DNA of 64,000 bases from contig NIVC01001939.1 in NCBI GenBank assembly GCA_002269645.1, forward strand, positions 1 through 64,000. The letters are read 5' to 3'. The notes beneath the pieces were generated by a model. That model was not told where the DNA came from. It did not search any database and saw nothing but the letters and a program-made list of their open reading frames with translations. The first letter of the stretch is position 1. Each line of letters begins with the position of its first letter. Of this stretch, positions 1 to 11,353 are shown one piece after another. Made by a program: the position numbers and the translations under genes. The DNA is from Macrostomum lignano. Taxonomy: Eukaryota.

Positions 1-519
1 CTATACCCCTATTTAAGTAGTTGCTTGAGAAGTTGAGAGCTTGGCTGCAGCTGAATTTGTGTAGAACAATTCTTTGTCAAAAGAAATTTTGGCCTCATTT
101 ACGTGTGTATAATGAGAGAGACCTAAGTTATACATTTACCACTTGGCATGCCTTTATCGCATACACAGGCGCACTGCGCAGCAGTAAAACGCTCTGTACG
201 ATAACAAGCCGCATTCTGCGTACAGTCAGTCCGGTCCCAGTGTACATTCTTTTTCCTTCACGGTGTACATCCCCTCCGTTTGAGGCAGAAAGCAGAGAGA
301 CTTTTTATTGTTTTACTTGCCCCCCCCGGCCCGGGCCCCTCGCTCTAGGTCCACACTGTACACTCGAGCTACAATACAACCTCAACCTCCCCAGTCCCCG
401 CTGATAGTTATAGTCTTGCCTTTTTAAAGAGATAACTCTTCTACCCAGGCTTTTTGCCTTTCTCACTCTTGCCTACCCCACTCTCACAAAGACTTCTCGT
501 AAACAGAAACACGACAACA

Positions 520-2359
520 ATGGCCCGACTTGGCGAAGTTTTCCCAAATTTTGACGCGGACACAACCGAGGGTCGCATCAACTTTCACCAATGGATTGGC
601 GACTCCTGGGCCATTCTGTTCTCTCATCCGGCCGATTTCACGCCGGTTTGCACTACCGAACTGGCTCGGGTTGTCAATCTGAAGCCCGAGTTTGATAAGC
701 GCGGAGTTAAGCTGATTGCAATCTCGTTGGATTCCGTTGAAGATCACAAGGTAATAACAAGCTCAAAGAGACATTCCCTTCCGTTCGTTTTTTAATCAAA
801 CTCCTTTTTAAACAGACACTATTGCAATTGGCATTAAAAGCAAGGCTAATGGTAATGACAATGTCATTGTCAATGAACAAATGAGTAGTCGTTTTCGAGA
901 TCTTTAAAGACAGTTTATTGGGTGAACAATTTTTTAACAATGTCCTTTCTGACACGAATTTGAATGGAATTTAACTTCACGAACTCCAAAGCCAGGATCT
1001 TACCCTTCTGGATTGTATATTCTTATAAACAAAGATTATAATATTAAAATATTTAACTGTATTTGTTTATTGGATATATATTGGCTCAGGACATATTGTA
1101 CTTTGAATCAAATCCTATTTTATAGGATGCCATAATTTGGATTCGTCTGAAAAAATAAGCCCAAAGTCCAGATCAAGACCAGCCGGCTTTGTCCAGGGTC
1201 TCTTAAAGGTTATAGATAAGGAAATAAATAGCATGTAATTTTACCTTTGGATTTTTGCCTTGTTTAATCTGACCGAATTTTTATCAAACAAGGGTGACCG
1301 ACAGATTTTAGGTCCAGTCTAGCAGCTTTTACGCAATAAAATATTATTGATAAGAAAAGGAAACTTCGTTAACTTAAGTAAGTCTTTAACTTTGGTACTC
1401 TGACTCTTCTTAAGCCTTGTTATCGGGTCCAACAATTGATAAGCCTATAGGCAAGGCGTGCTGGTGCTTGATCATCTTTTTGTTTAGGCGCGATAAGAGT
1501 GAGTATATTAATAAACTGAACAAGCTTTAATAATATTATGTTACCGGATTCAGAGCGACATTTTTTATGCTTTTTACTCCTATTATCTTAGGTCTTAAAG
1601 CATTTTCTCGGGTGGTTTAGCGGCGATTCTCTGGGTATTAGTTTAAAAGGCGATTCTCTGGGTGGTTTAAGGCGCTCTGGTTTAATTCTCTGGGGTGATT
1701 CTCTGTGGTTTCAGGGCGATTTCTGGGTGTCTCAGGGCGATTCTCTGGGTGGTTCAGGGGCGATTCTCTGAGGTGAGATTAGAGGGCGATTCTAAGAGCA
1801 GATAAAGAACGATTTTCGATGGACGGTTGATAGGCAATTCTCCGGTTGGTTCAAGAACAAATTAATCATTTCAATTTGAATTGATTTTTGGGCAAAACGG
1901 TCACTATAACGCCTTTTCATCAAAACCCAAAAGGCCTGGTCCAAGGACGTGATGCACGTGTCCGGTGCCACGGACTGCAGCCGGCCGCTGCCCTACCCAA
2001 TCATCGCCGACAAGAGCCGCGAGCTGGCCGTCCAGCTGCAGATGCTCGACCCCAACGAGATCGGCAAGGAGGGCCTGCCGCTGCCAGCCCGCACCGTGTT
2101 CCTCATCGGGCCGGACAAGAAGCTCAAGATGTCCATCCTGTACCCGGCCACCACTGGGCGCAATTTCGACGAGATTCTGCGCGCTATCGACAGCATCCAG
2201 CTGACTGCTAAGAACGGCTTTGCCACGCCGGTGAACTGGCGCTCCGGCGACGATTGCATCGTGCCGCCGTCTATCAAGACCCCGCCGGCTGGCACCCAGG
2301 TCAGGGATCTGCCCTCCGGCAAGCAGTACCTGCGCTACATGCCCGGCAGTGGAAAGTAG
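520..2359 (+). CDS. PRDX6: 1-Cys peroxiredoxin (peroxiredoxin-6), 2 exons: 520-750, 1934-2359 (218 aa)
   Basis: FTPVCTTE active-site motif, GDSW motif, [13 protein letters not shown] and TPVNW signatures. Phase-0 intron: CACAAG|gtaata at 751 and aaag|GCCTGG at 1934 join to EDHK-AWSKDV. Confidence 0.95.
1600..1800. repeat. Decayed ~22-bp tandem repeat in the PRDX6 intron
   Basis: Recurrent ggcgattctctgggtggtt units. Confidence 0.6.
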
Positions 2360-2728
2360 ACTTCGACTTGAAAATTGATTTCAAAGTTCATCTTGTTCTT
2401 TTAATTCCAACAATCCATCAATGGTAGTAGAAATCAATCACTGACATCTATCTAGTTTTCCAAAGCAGTTCAGCTGATCATGAACGTGCGCTTTGACCAA
2501 TCTGGAACCAATGACCATCGATTGCATATGTGGCCATCCATCTGTTTGCTCAATTAAAACTATGCCTACCGACCAGCAGAAACAAAATCTGTTCCTCACA
2601 AATTCCCTGTGAGTTTTTTTCTCTAGTTTGAAATATAAAACAAGATTATATTTAATTCCGGTTTACACTTTTGGAATAATAGTAAAACTAAAGCCAATTG
2701 TCCCGCTTTTTGCCTATACACAATTTTT

Positions 2729-3400
2729 CAGTTTATTGCAGTTGTTTACCAACACAGTTTATTGCAGTTGTTTACCCATCAGTCCCTCAGTTTATTGCAG
2801 TTGTTTACCCACCAACACCCTCAGTTTATTGCAGTTGTTTACCCATCAGCTCCCTCAGTTTATTGCAGTTGTTTACCCACCAACACCCTCAGTTTATTGC
2901 AGTTGTTTACCCATCAGCCACTCAGTTTATTGTAGTTGTTTACCCATCAGCCCACTCAGTTTATTGTAGTTGTTTACCCATCAGCACCCTCAGTTTATTG
3001 TAGTTGTTTACCCATCAGCCCACTCAGTTTATTGTAGTTGTTTACCCATCAGCCCCTCAGTTTATTGCAGTTGTTTACCCATCAGCCCCTCAGTTTATTG
3101 CAGTTGTTTATCATCAGCCCACTCAGTTTATTGCAGTTGTTTACCCATCAGCACCTCAGTTTATTGTAGTTTTTACCCATCAGCCCCTCAGTTTATTGCA
3201 GTTGTTTACCATCAGCACCCTCAGTTTATTGTAGTTGTTTACCCATCAGCTCCCTCAGTTTATTGCAGTTGTTTACCTATCAGCACCCTCAGTTTATTGT
3301 AGTTGTTTACCCATCAGCCCACTCAGTTTATTGTAGTTGTTTACCCATCAGCACCCTCAGTTTATTGTTGTAGTTGTTTACCCATCAGCCCACTCAGTTT
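2729..3400. repeat. ~33-bp minisatellite (cagtttattgcagttgtttacccatcagcccct)
   Basis: About 20 direct copies; source of the spurious ORFs at 2628-3500. Confidence 0.95.
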
Positions 3401-4991
3401 AACACCGAATGCTACCCAAAAGCTCCTTCAGTTCAACACTGATGCTACGAGCGCGTACCCACAAACTTCAGTTTATAGCGGAAAAAAAATGAAAAAGTAA
3501 CAAGAAAAGTGGCGACGTAATGACCATTACATTTATATTCGAATTGTGCTTTTCAGCTAGGCAGGATGATGCTTTACGCTTAAAAATACAAACACGCTGT
3601 ATCTAGGAACGAATACGCTATTATTCAGGATTACACGTCATGCAGTACTCTGACGGTCTCATTTACTACATAGCTTTTCGTAGCCATATAGATATTATAA
3701 ATTACGTGCGTGTTTATTTTGGTCCATTACTTAAAAATGGGCGCGCATTATATTAATTTTTAACTTTGAATTTCTGGTTGAATTTCTATATGACGCAGAA
3801 AGGAAAAAAATTATATTGAGTTGCTAAATTTGTTAGGGGAAGTTTTAAAGTGCCAACCAAATATTAATTAATAAAATTGTTCGAGCACATGTACATTGTA
3901 TGAATTCAAGCTTAGGATGAAATCGATACGTCTACAGTACGATCTGCTCGCACATGTACGTTTTTGGGATTTAAGTTTAAAAAGAGCCAAAAGAACGTCA
4001 AAGAAAGAAACTAAATTTAATCAGCCTCCTATACCACAGATACTGAGATAAGGCACTCAGCACATTTGCCTGTAAGCTACTTCCAGTTCAGCAGAAGTTA
4101 AACACAAGCACGATTTTAATGTAGTTTAAACTTAAAGACAGGCTCATTTATTGGCTCTTTAATTCCCCTAGCTTAAACCTTGAAGCCCCCCTCCACCGCG
4201 CCCTTTCTACACGGAACCTCTACACCCACCCCGCCGCCTAATTTTTAATTGCCTTTCTCGATGTACATTTCAGTGGCGCTGGCTAATGTACATTATGGCT
4301 GAACCAATTAGCAAGTTGTTTACGTCTGCAAGCTTGGGCTTCTACAGTTATCAGAATCATTTCAACTGGCTTAATTGTTATAAAATAGCTTATGAATTCT
4401 TCTTTGCTACTGAACTGGAAGTAGAAAGCTGTTCTACAAAGCATTGTATGCCTGAGTGGTCTATCTAGATATAATATCTGTAGCCAAATCGAGCCCAAAT
4501 TGAACTTTGTTTAAAAACTACTAAAACAAGGACCTACAACCATAAGATTAAGTAGTAAAGATGGTGAGTTATTGCAGAATTTCTTTGTATCGGTAAATGT
4601 ACGATGCATGTAAAAAAATCTGTTAAACTACCACTGACTCCGGTCAAAGTTGTCTTTCGGTGACTGTTTAAGCACAGAAATACGATATGCCTATTGCGAT
4701 ATATTATTAGTTGATAGTTAGCAAAAATATCATAACATTTGAGAGATGGATAATGTCACATAGTTAGAACATGGGATGACGCAGGCCGCTGGATCACTTT
4801 GCACACACAAGACAGCGCTAGCAATAAGCTGTTAAATTATAGACATGAATTGACAGGCATTTAAAATATTTTTAACTCGACGGCAACGCACAGACTCCGA
4901 CTGTACAGCGTTTACTGTATTCGCTTTAGTAAATTTATTATTATGATTAACTTATTATCGGGACAGAGAAGCTGGGATAAAGCCATAGAAG

Positions 4992-7900
4992 CTAACAGGC
5001 TTCATCAGTCTTGTTGCTAGGCAGCGCTCGATCCGGCTTCGATTTCTTCCATTGCGGGTTTTTCTGCTTCACAACAGCTCCGATTGGCTGCTGCCGCTGA
5101 AACCCGATCGGCGGGCGCCTGAAGTCGGTCGCCTTCGACGGCCTTCCCTGATCGTCGACCTCTTCGTCGTCCTCGTCGTCTTCCTCGGCGCCGGCGTCGC
5201 CGCAGCGCAGAGAGGCCGCCCTGTAGCTGGCGAACTGCAGCCGGGAGATGGCGACAAAGTAGGCGCAGGGCGCCAGCTGGGTGACGTCACTCCGAGTGGC
5301 CTCGGCAAATCGTTCGAAGCCGTCGAATCGCAGATAAGCCGTCACCGAGTTCGGGTCCTTGCTCCGGTCCAGGTGCAAATCTTCAGACATATCGGCGATT
5401 GCCCGATCGTCGCCGAACACAGTCAGCAGATCCTCGGCTACGATCGGCTGCGGCAGGCCGTTCACCTCCAGACAGCAGTCCAGGTAGTAGGGCGACGGCC
5501 TGGGCGGGAATTCCACGCCGCCGCTGCCGCCGCCGATGTCTGGATCGTCGGCGTCGCCAGTGAAGTCCGGATCGTTGGCGCAGCGGAACTCGTGCTCGCA
5601 GGAGGCGCTCACGTGCACTCTGCCGCTGTCGTCGGTTACTGCGATCGAAAAGGCGAATACGATTATTGATTAGTTGCAGATAATTATTCCTACTTATTCC
5701 TACTCCTATCTTGCTACTTACAAGTAGGATACACCATTGGGTTGTTAGGACATTCCATGCCAGAATAAAATATGACTTAAGTAGGATGGGAAAATTTCGT
5801 TTCTTAGAAAGTTTTTGAAGGCTGGCTTTACCCAAACTTAAAAAAATTTAGTACTTTAGTAACGAAGCTCACCTGACTGGCTAATCGCCCTCAACACGTC
5901 CGCCGGTTCGACTAGTCGGACAAAAGCCTGTCCAGTTCGCCTGCCAAGAGCATCAGTCTCGAATTTTACGTCGGACAGGGCCAGCCGAATTCCAGGAAGG
6001 GCGGCGCAGGCGTCCGAATAATCGGCGTCCAGAGGCAGGCCGGCCAGCGCTATGAAATGCTCGTCGCGCGGGCCCTTCGTGTAGTCCGGCAGCGCCTCTC
6101 GCGGCAACTGCGGCATCGGCGGCGGCTGCAAACTGGTCTGGTTTGGCAGCTCGGCGGCAGCGGCCGCCGGGGACTGAGCGGCCTCCGACCGCCAGTTTGG
6201 AGGCGGCCCACTTGGCGCCGGGCCGAGCAGCGACTTCGGCCGGCCGGGATGGCACAGCTGGCGAAACGCGGCGGCGACGGAATCGTCGTCACCGACTGGC
6301 GGCTGCGGCAACAGCTGGAAACCGCTGCTACCGGCTGGACCGCTACCGCCGCTGCCGTCTGCTATCCACGGCTTCGGCCGGTAGCCGCCGCTCTCAGAGT
6401 ACGGCGCCGGAAATCCATTGCTTGGCCCTCCGCCGCCGCGGCCGCCTCTACCACGTCCTCGCCAGCCGCCGCGCGGACCGCCGCCCTCCTCACCCATTTC
6501 GTAGTTATCATAAGATTGACGCCCTCGCCGTCCGCCGCTGTCGCCAAACTCCGCCGCCGCTGTATCGTCATACGGACGCGAATGGTGGGATCCGCCCCGG
6601 CCGCCGGCGTAGCGACCGCCTCTCTGCTGCTGCTGGCCGCGATCTTTGTAGAACACGTAGCCCTCTTCCTCAGCTTTGTAGTCCCGTTCTCGGCTCCGGC
6701 CGCTGCTGGACGCCGATCCGAGTGGCAGCTGCGGCTGCGGCTGCTTGGCCTCATCGGCAGGCCGGCTCCGAGCCTCGGCGTTGTACAGCTCGCCTTTGAA
6801 TCTCGGGTCCCGGTGCTCGTTATAGAAGCTCGATCGATCTTCGCTCTCAATAGCGGCAGCAGCTTCGACGGGACCTCGGGCAGTTGAGTCCACCGGCTCC
6901 CGCTGGTTGCGGCCGGCCAAGCGAGGATCCCGGCTAGACGAATAGGCCGCTGCCAACGATGTCGACGGCGGATTGTCTTCCCCGCCGCTGTAGATGTTTG
7001 AGTAGGCATTCAGGGCAGAAGCCGCGGCAGCCGCAGCAGCATCAGAAGCAGGGCCGCCGCCGCTGCGACCTTCTCCGCCTTCCATCTGTTGTGCATTGTC
7101 CCAGCCGCTGTTGTGTTGCTCGTTCCAGTCGCCGCCGCGGCTATATCTGTAGTTTTCCTCGTCGGTTCTGCTAGGATTGGAAGCCCAGCGCCTAGAAGAG
7201 CCGTAGCCACTGTCGTAGTTGCCGCCGTTGTCCTCCCCATATCGCTGGTGGTGAGGGTGCTGCTGATACGGCTGCCGGTACTGCTGCCGATCGGTGAATT
7301 CGGACTCGGCTCCGTTGCTGTGCCGTTGCTGAGGCCAAGTCTGCTGATGATGCATGGGATATCGCGACTGCGGCTGCTGCTGATCAGCGTAGATTCTACG
7401 GCCGTAGGCGGTCGGTTCGTAGCCTCCTCGGCCGCCTCCCCTGCCGCCGTTTCGCCCGTAGCCATCGCCGCCTTCCCTATAGTAGCCCTCGCCGCGGTCA
7501 AGACGCTGCCGCTTCTCTGGTGGCACAGCGGCCGCCGCGGCGTCATTTTCATAGGCTGCGACGGCAGTGTCGGCGGGAAAATATCGGCTGCCACCGGTGT
7601 GCTGTCTGGCATCGGCCTCCGGGTAGAAGCGCTCTCTGGGATAGGGCCTCTGGTCAGCCTGCAAGAGTTGCGGGTCAGTAGGTTGAAATAGGCACTTTGG
7701 GGTAGGTATGCTCTGTGAGTCATTGTGTGGTAGGTATGCTCTGTGAGTCATTGTGGGGTAGGTATGCTCTGTGAGTCATTGTGTGGTAGGTATGCTCTGT
7801 GAGTCATTGTGTGGTAGCTATGCTCTGTGAGTCACTGGGGGTAGCTATGCTATTTGAGTTATTGAGAGTAGCTATGCTCTGTGAGTCAAAGCCAGTGGAA

Positions 7901-8505
7901 TTTGAGATTCAGTCATAGAAGGGTAGTCATGGGTCCTTTAAATCTTTGGCAGAATTTTAAACAAAGAGAAAGAATGTCTCGCACTGTTGAACTTAATACA
8001 ATACAAGAAATTCAGCGATCTCCCTTGGATTCCTGAAGCGAGTTTTTTCATAAACTCAATCTGTTTAGACCAAAGCACATACCATAGCACAATCAGCCCT
8101 GCTCACCCGTCCGTAGCCTCTGCCCCGGTACCCAGCAGAGTGCTCAAACAGGCCCTGATTGGGTTGTTCTCGCAACGGCGGTGGAGTCGGTGTAGTCGGC
8201 GGCTGAGGCTCCTCGGCCGGAGCCACGGCTGCTAGACGGACCTGCTGCACAACGTGCTGCATCTCGGCATTGGAGCTGACGAATAGTTTCAGAGTCTGGC
8301 CGCACAGCTCCTGGCCGTCCAGCAGCAGCGCTAGTCGAGCGGTCTCGTCGCTGGTAAAGGTGACAAAGGCGTCGCCGCGATCGCCGCCAACAATATGGAC
8401 GCCGCCCTCCGGTATGGCCAAGCCGTTGAAAAATCGGCGAATATCGGAGGCGTTGGCGCTCCAGGCGAGGTTCTGCAGCCGGATGAGCACAGTGCCGCCC
8501 GACAT
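4992..8505 (-). CDS. RBM12: RBM12-like multi-RRM RNA-binding protein, 3 exons: 8505-8107, 7658-5873, 5638-4992 (943 aa)
   Basis: N-terminus VLIRLQNLAWSANASDIRRFFNGLAIPEGGVHIVGGDRGDAFVTF closely matches the RBM12/RBM12B RRM1 as I recall it. Two further RRM-like segments. GT-AG junctions in matching phases (0, then 1) give a total of 2832 nt. Confidence 0.85.
7699..7890. repeat. 28-bp tandem repeat in RBM12 intron 1; units contain TGAGTCA
   Basis: gtaggtatgctctgtgagtcattgtgtg, 6-7 copies. Confidence 0.9.
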
Positions 8506-8712
8506 GGCTACCTGGCTAGTTGTAATTTGCGTCCGATTGGATAAAGCTTAATTTAACCTAGATTAGAGGCTGGAGGTGCTTTGGCATGCAATAGCATCAA
8601 TTAGAGATTTAGTATATTTAGATTATTCTCGCATTAAGATCCGTGATGAAATTTCTGTAAGCTAGGCTAGAATAATCGTTTTTAATGAGGAAAGATCTGG
8701 GAAAGTGGCGGC

Positions 8713-9000
8713 TCAATCTGAGGATCCGGGAGGTTGGAAGTTCAATCAGAGGATCTGGGAGGGTGGAAGTTCAATCAGAGGATCTGGGAGGTTGGTAGTT
8801 CAATCAGAGGATCTGGGAGGTTGGTAGTTCAATCAGAGGATCTGGGAGGTTGGTAGTTCAATCTGAGGATCTGGGAGGTTGGTAGTTCAATCAGAGGATC
8901 TGGGAGGTTGGTAGTTCAATCTGAGGATCTGGGAGGTTGGAAGTTCAATCTGAGGATCTGGGAGGGTGGAAGTTCAATCTGAGGATCTGGGAGGGTGGTA
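8713..9000. repeat. 29-bp tandem repeat upstream of RBM12
   Basis: gaggatctgggaggttggtagttcaatca, about 10 copies. Confidence 0.9.
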
Positions 9001-9443
9001 ACCCATGCTGAGGATTCTTAAAAGTGTGCAATAAAAGTACACAATACTCGTGCTACACTAAGCTCGTACTAGCATAAAACTTACGAAAATAACGAACAAT
9101 TATGAAATTACAATGGTAATAAATAGAAAATATAGTTTCAGTGCAGTGTAATTTTTATGTCTGCCAAAATAGACAGCGTAGGTGTTTTAAGCGTGAATTT
9201 ACTAATCATAGTGTAAGTGCCGTGCCTACATTGTGAGTTTAGCTTGGTAAAAGCTGTAAATATTTCAGCAGGAATAGTATAAAATGTTTAGCAAGATTTT
9301 GGTTGTAATTGTAAGGATTGTCATATGATTATAATCTAGAAAACAATAAGCCAGACAGAAAAGTCATGGTAAGAGCTAATTAAAATAAAAGGTAAGCAAT
9401 AAATCATGAACAGCTAGAAGCCATAAAGTTCAGGTATGTTGGG

Positions 9444-9858
9444 GAAAAGAAAATCGATAAAGTTCACCGACCCCGTGCGCAGACCGTGATAGCCAGAGGG
9501 AGGTTGGCTGGATGGAAAAGAGGGAGTAGGGGTCGGGGCTGAAAAGAAAATCGATATAAAGAATTCCCCGACCCCGCGCGCAGACACTGACAGCCAGGAG
9601 GAGGTTCACTAAATGAAGAGGGAGTAGGGGGTCTGGGCTGAAAAGAAAATCGATAAAGTTCCCCGACCCGCGCGCAGACCCTGACAGCCAGAGGGAGGTT
9701 GACTGGATGGAAAGAGGGAGTAGGGGGTCTGGGCTGAAAAGAAAATCGATAAAGTTCCCCGACCCGCGCGCAGACCCTGACAGCCAGAGGGAGGTTGTCT
9801 GGACGCAAAGAGGGAGTAGGGGGTCTGGGCTGAAAAGAAAATCGATAAAGTTCACCAA
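9444..9858. repeat. ~97-bp tandem repeat (about 4 units plus a partial)
   Basis: gaaaagaaaatcgata anchor recurs at 9444, 9541, 9640, 9736 and 9832. Confidence 0.9.
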
Positions 9859-11353
9859 CAACACGAGCAGACGCGCTAGTCAATCAGCGGGGTGGGCATT
9901 GGCTTATAAATAGGCTTTGAGTGCTCGCTAAGCGGCACAAACATTGTCTCGGTTGGGCTTGGGTTTTTTAACTACGAGGGTGTCTCAAAAAGATTGTAAA
10001 GTTTAATTATTTTATCCTTGATTTACCCCGTAAGTCAGTTTCAAAAGAACCCCGAAAATTTCAAAGAATGCAATACCTATTAAAATGACACTTGGTGCAC
10101 ATCCCCGAAAAGGCGGGCGTTGGAAGGCAAAGGTACCAGTAGAATGGAAACTAATTAAGAATAAAATTGAATAAAACGGTTTAAAAAACTATCAGCGTGC
10201 TATACATAGCAGCCACGCAGTAAAATATTGCCATAAAATTAATAAAAATGACAAAAAGACCATAAAAAGGCTCAATATGATAATTGGTTTGGTTTCCAGC
10301 TAAAATTTATAAGAATTTTTTTTAATAAAGCGGTAAACATCCTGTAAAATAAGCTACTGACAATAACAATGGTGCTTATGAAAAGTATATAGTTTGTGAA
10401 CTCAGAAACAATGGTACAATAATAAGTAGACAGATCGGTTCAATCTACAGCAGGATTGGCCTCAAAGCGAATCTTAACAAATAGCTAAAAAATTAATTCG
10501 ATTTGTAAGAAAAATTGTGGATTTAAAAAAAAAATTAAAATCGGCCTAAGCACAGCAAGGCACAAAATGTTTCTGCATTGTAATATAAGACAGCTAAGTT
10601 CAGTTCAAAAAGTGCGCGGACATGGATTATAAAGAAATACTAAAAATGTCATAAAAACAACAATTAATAATTTTTTCTAATCGACACTTAAAAAACAGCA
10701 AGAGATCGCGAAATATTCAAAAACCTTTATCATACAATGTAAAGTAAGCAACTTTGGCAAATATTCTATAACTTTTTATTCTACTTAAAGTATGGTAGCA
10801 AGCCAAGAAACATCTCAAAATCCAAAAAAGCTGATGGACATCCCGCATCCGACAAGCGCAAGTATTTTAAAAATAGTTCCTAGTAGAACTACCAGAGACC
10901 TGTTAGAAATTTTATTAAGTTTTAAGCAGATAATAAGCTCTATGAGCAATGAGTTTTTGATTACCTTCATTTCGGGTATTTATTGTAATTTTTTGTTATT
11001 TTCTCAAAATCTTATAAAAAACTTTTCCAGAAAAAAAATCTACACGAGATTCAAAAACAGGGAAAGTTTTCTATCCATAAGATTTTATTGACACGATATA
11101 GAAATGGCAACTTCTGTCTCCAAAAGCTTTTTTGTTTAATTTTAACTATCGTAACTTTGTAAACTAACCGCCTATAAAGTACATACAAGCAATACTAAGT
11201 AGGTACTAAGTTTGAATTGAAGAACGGATTGCTTTTAAATAACTTTGTTGTATGAAATTGAAGAATTCTTGACAATGTTTTTACATTAAGGCCACTATTA
11301 GCGTTTTTCTAGGTTGCTTTACTTCACTGCTACTAACAGTAGTTTACATTGGC

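Noticed and set aside
21-404. 127-aa ORF upstream of PRDX6
   Set aside because: TTG start, no domain; the region looks like promoter/5' flank.
3560-3660. C/D-box snoRNA
   Set aside because: The C box is imperfect (ATGATGC) and there is no terminal stem.
5052-7691. Plus-strand ORFs antisense to RBM12 (and similar antisense ORFs over KLHL8, ALG1 and the LINE)
   Set aside because: Shadow ORFs typical of GC-rich coding DNA.
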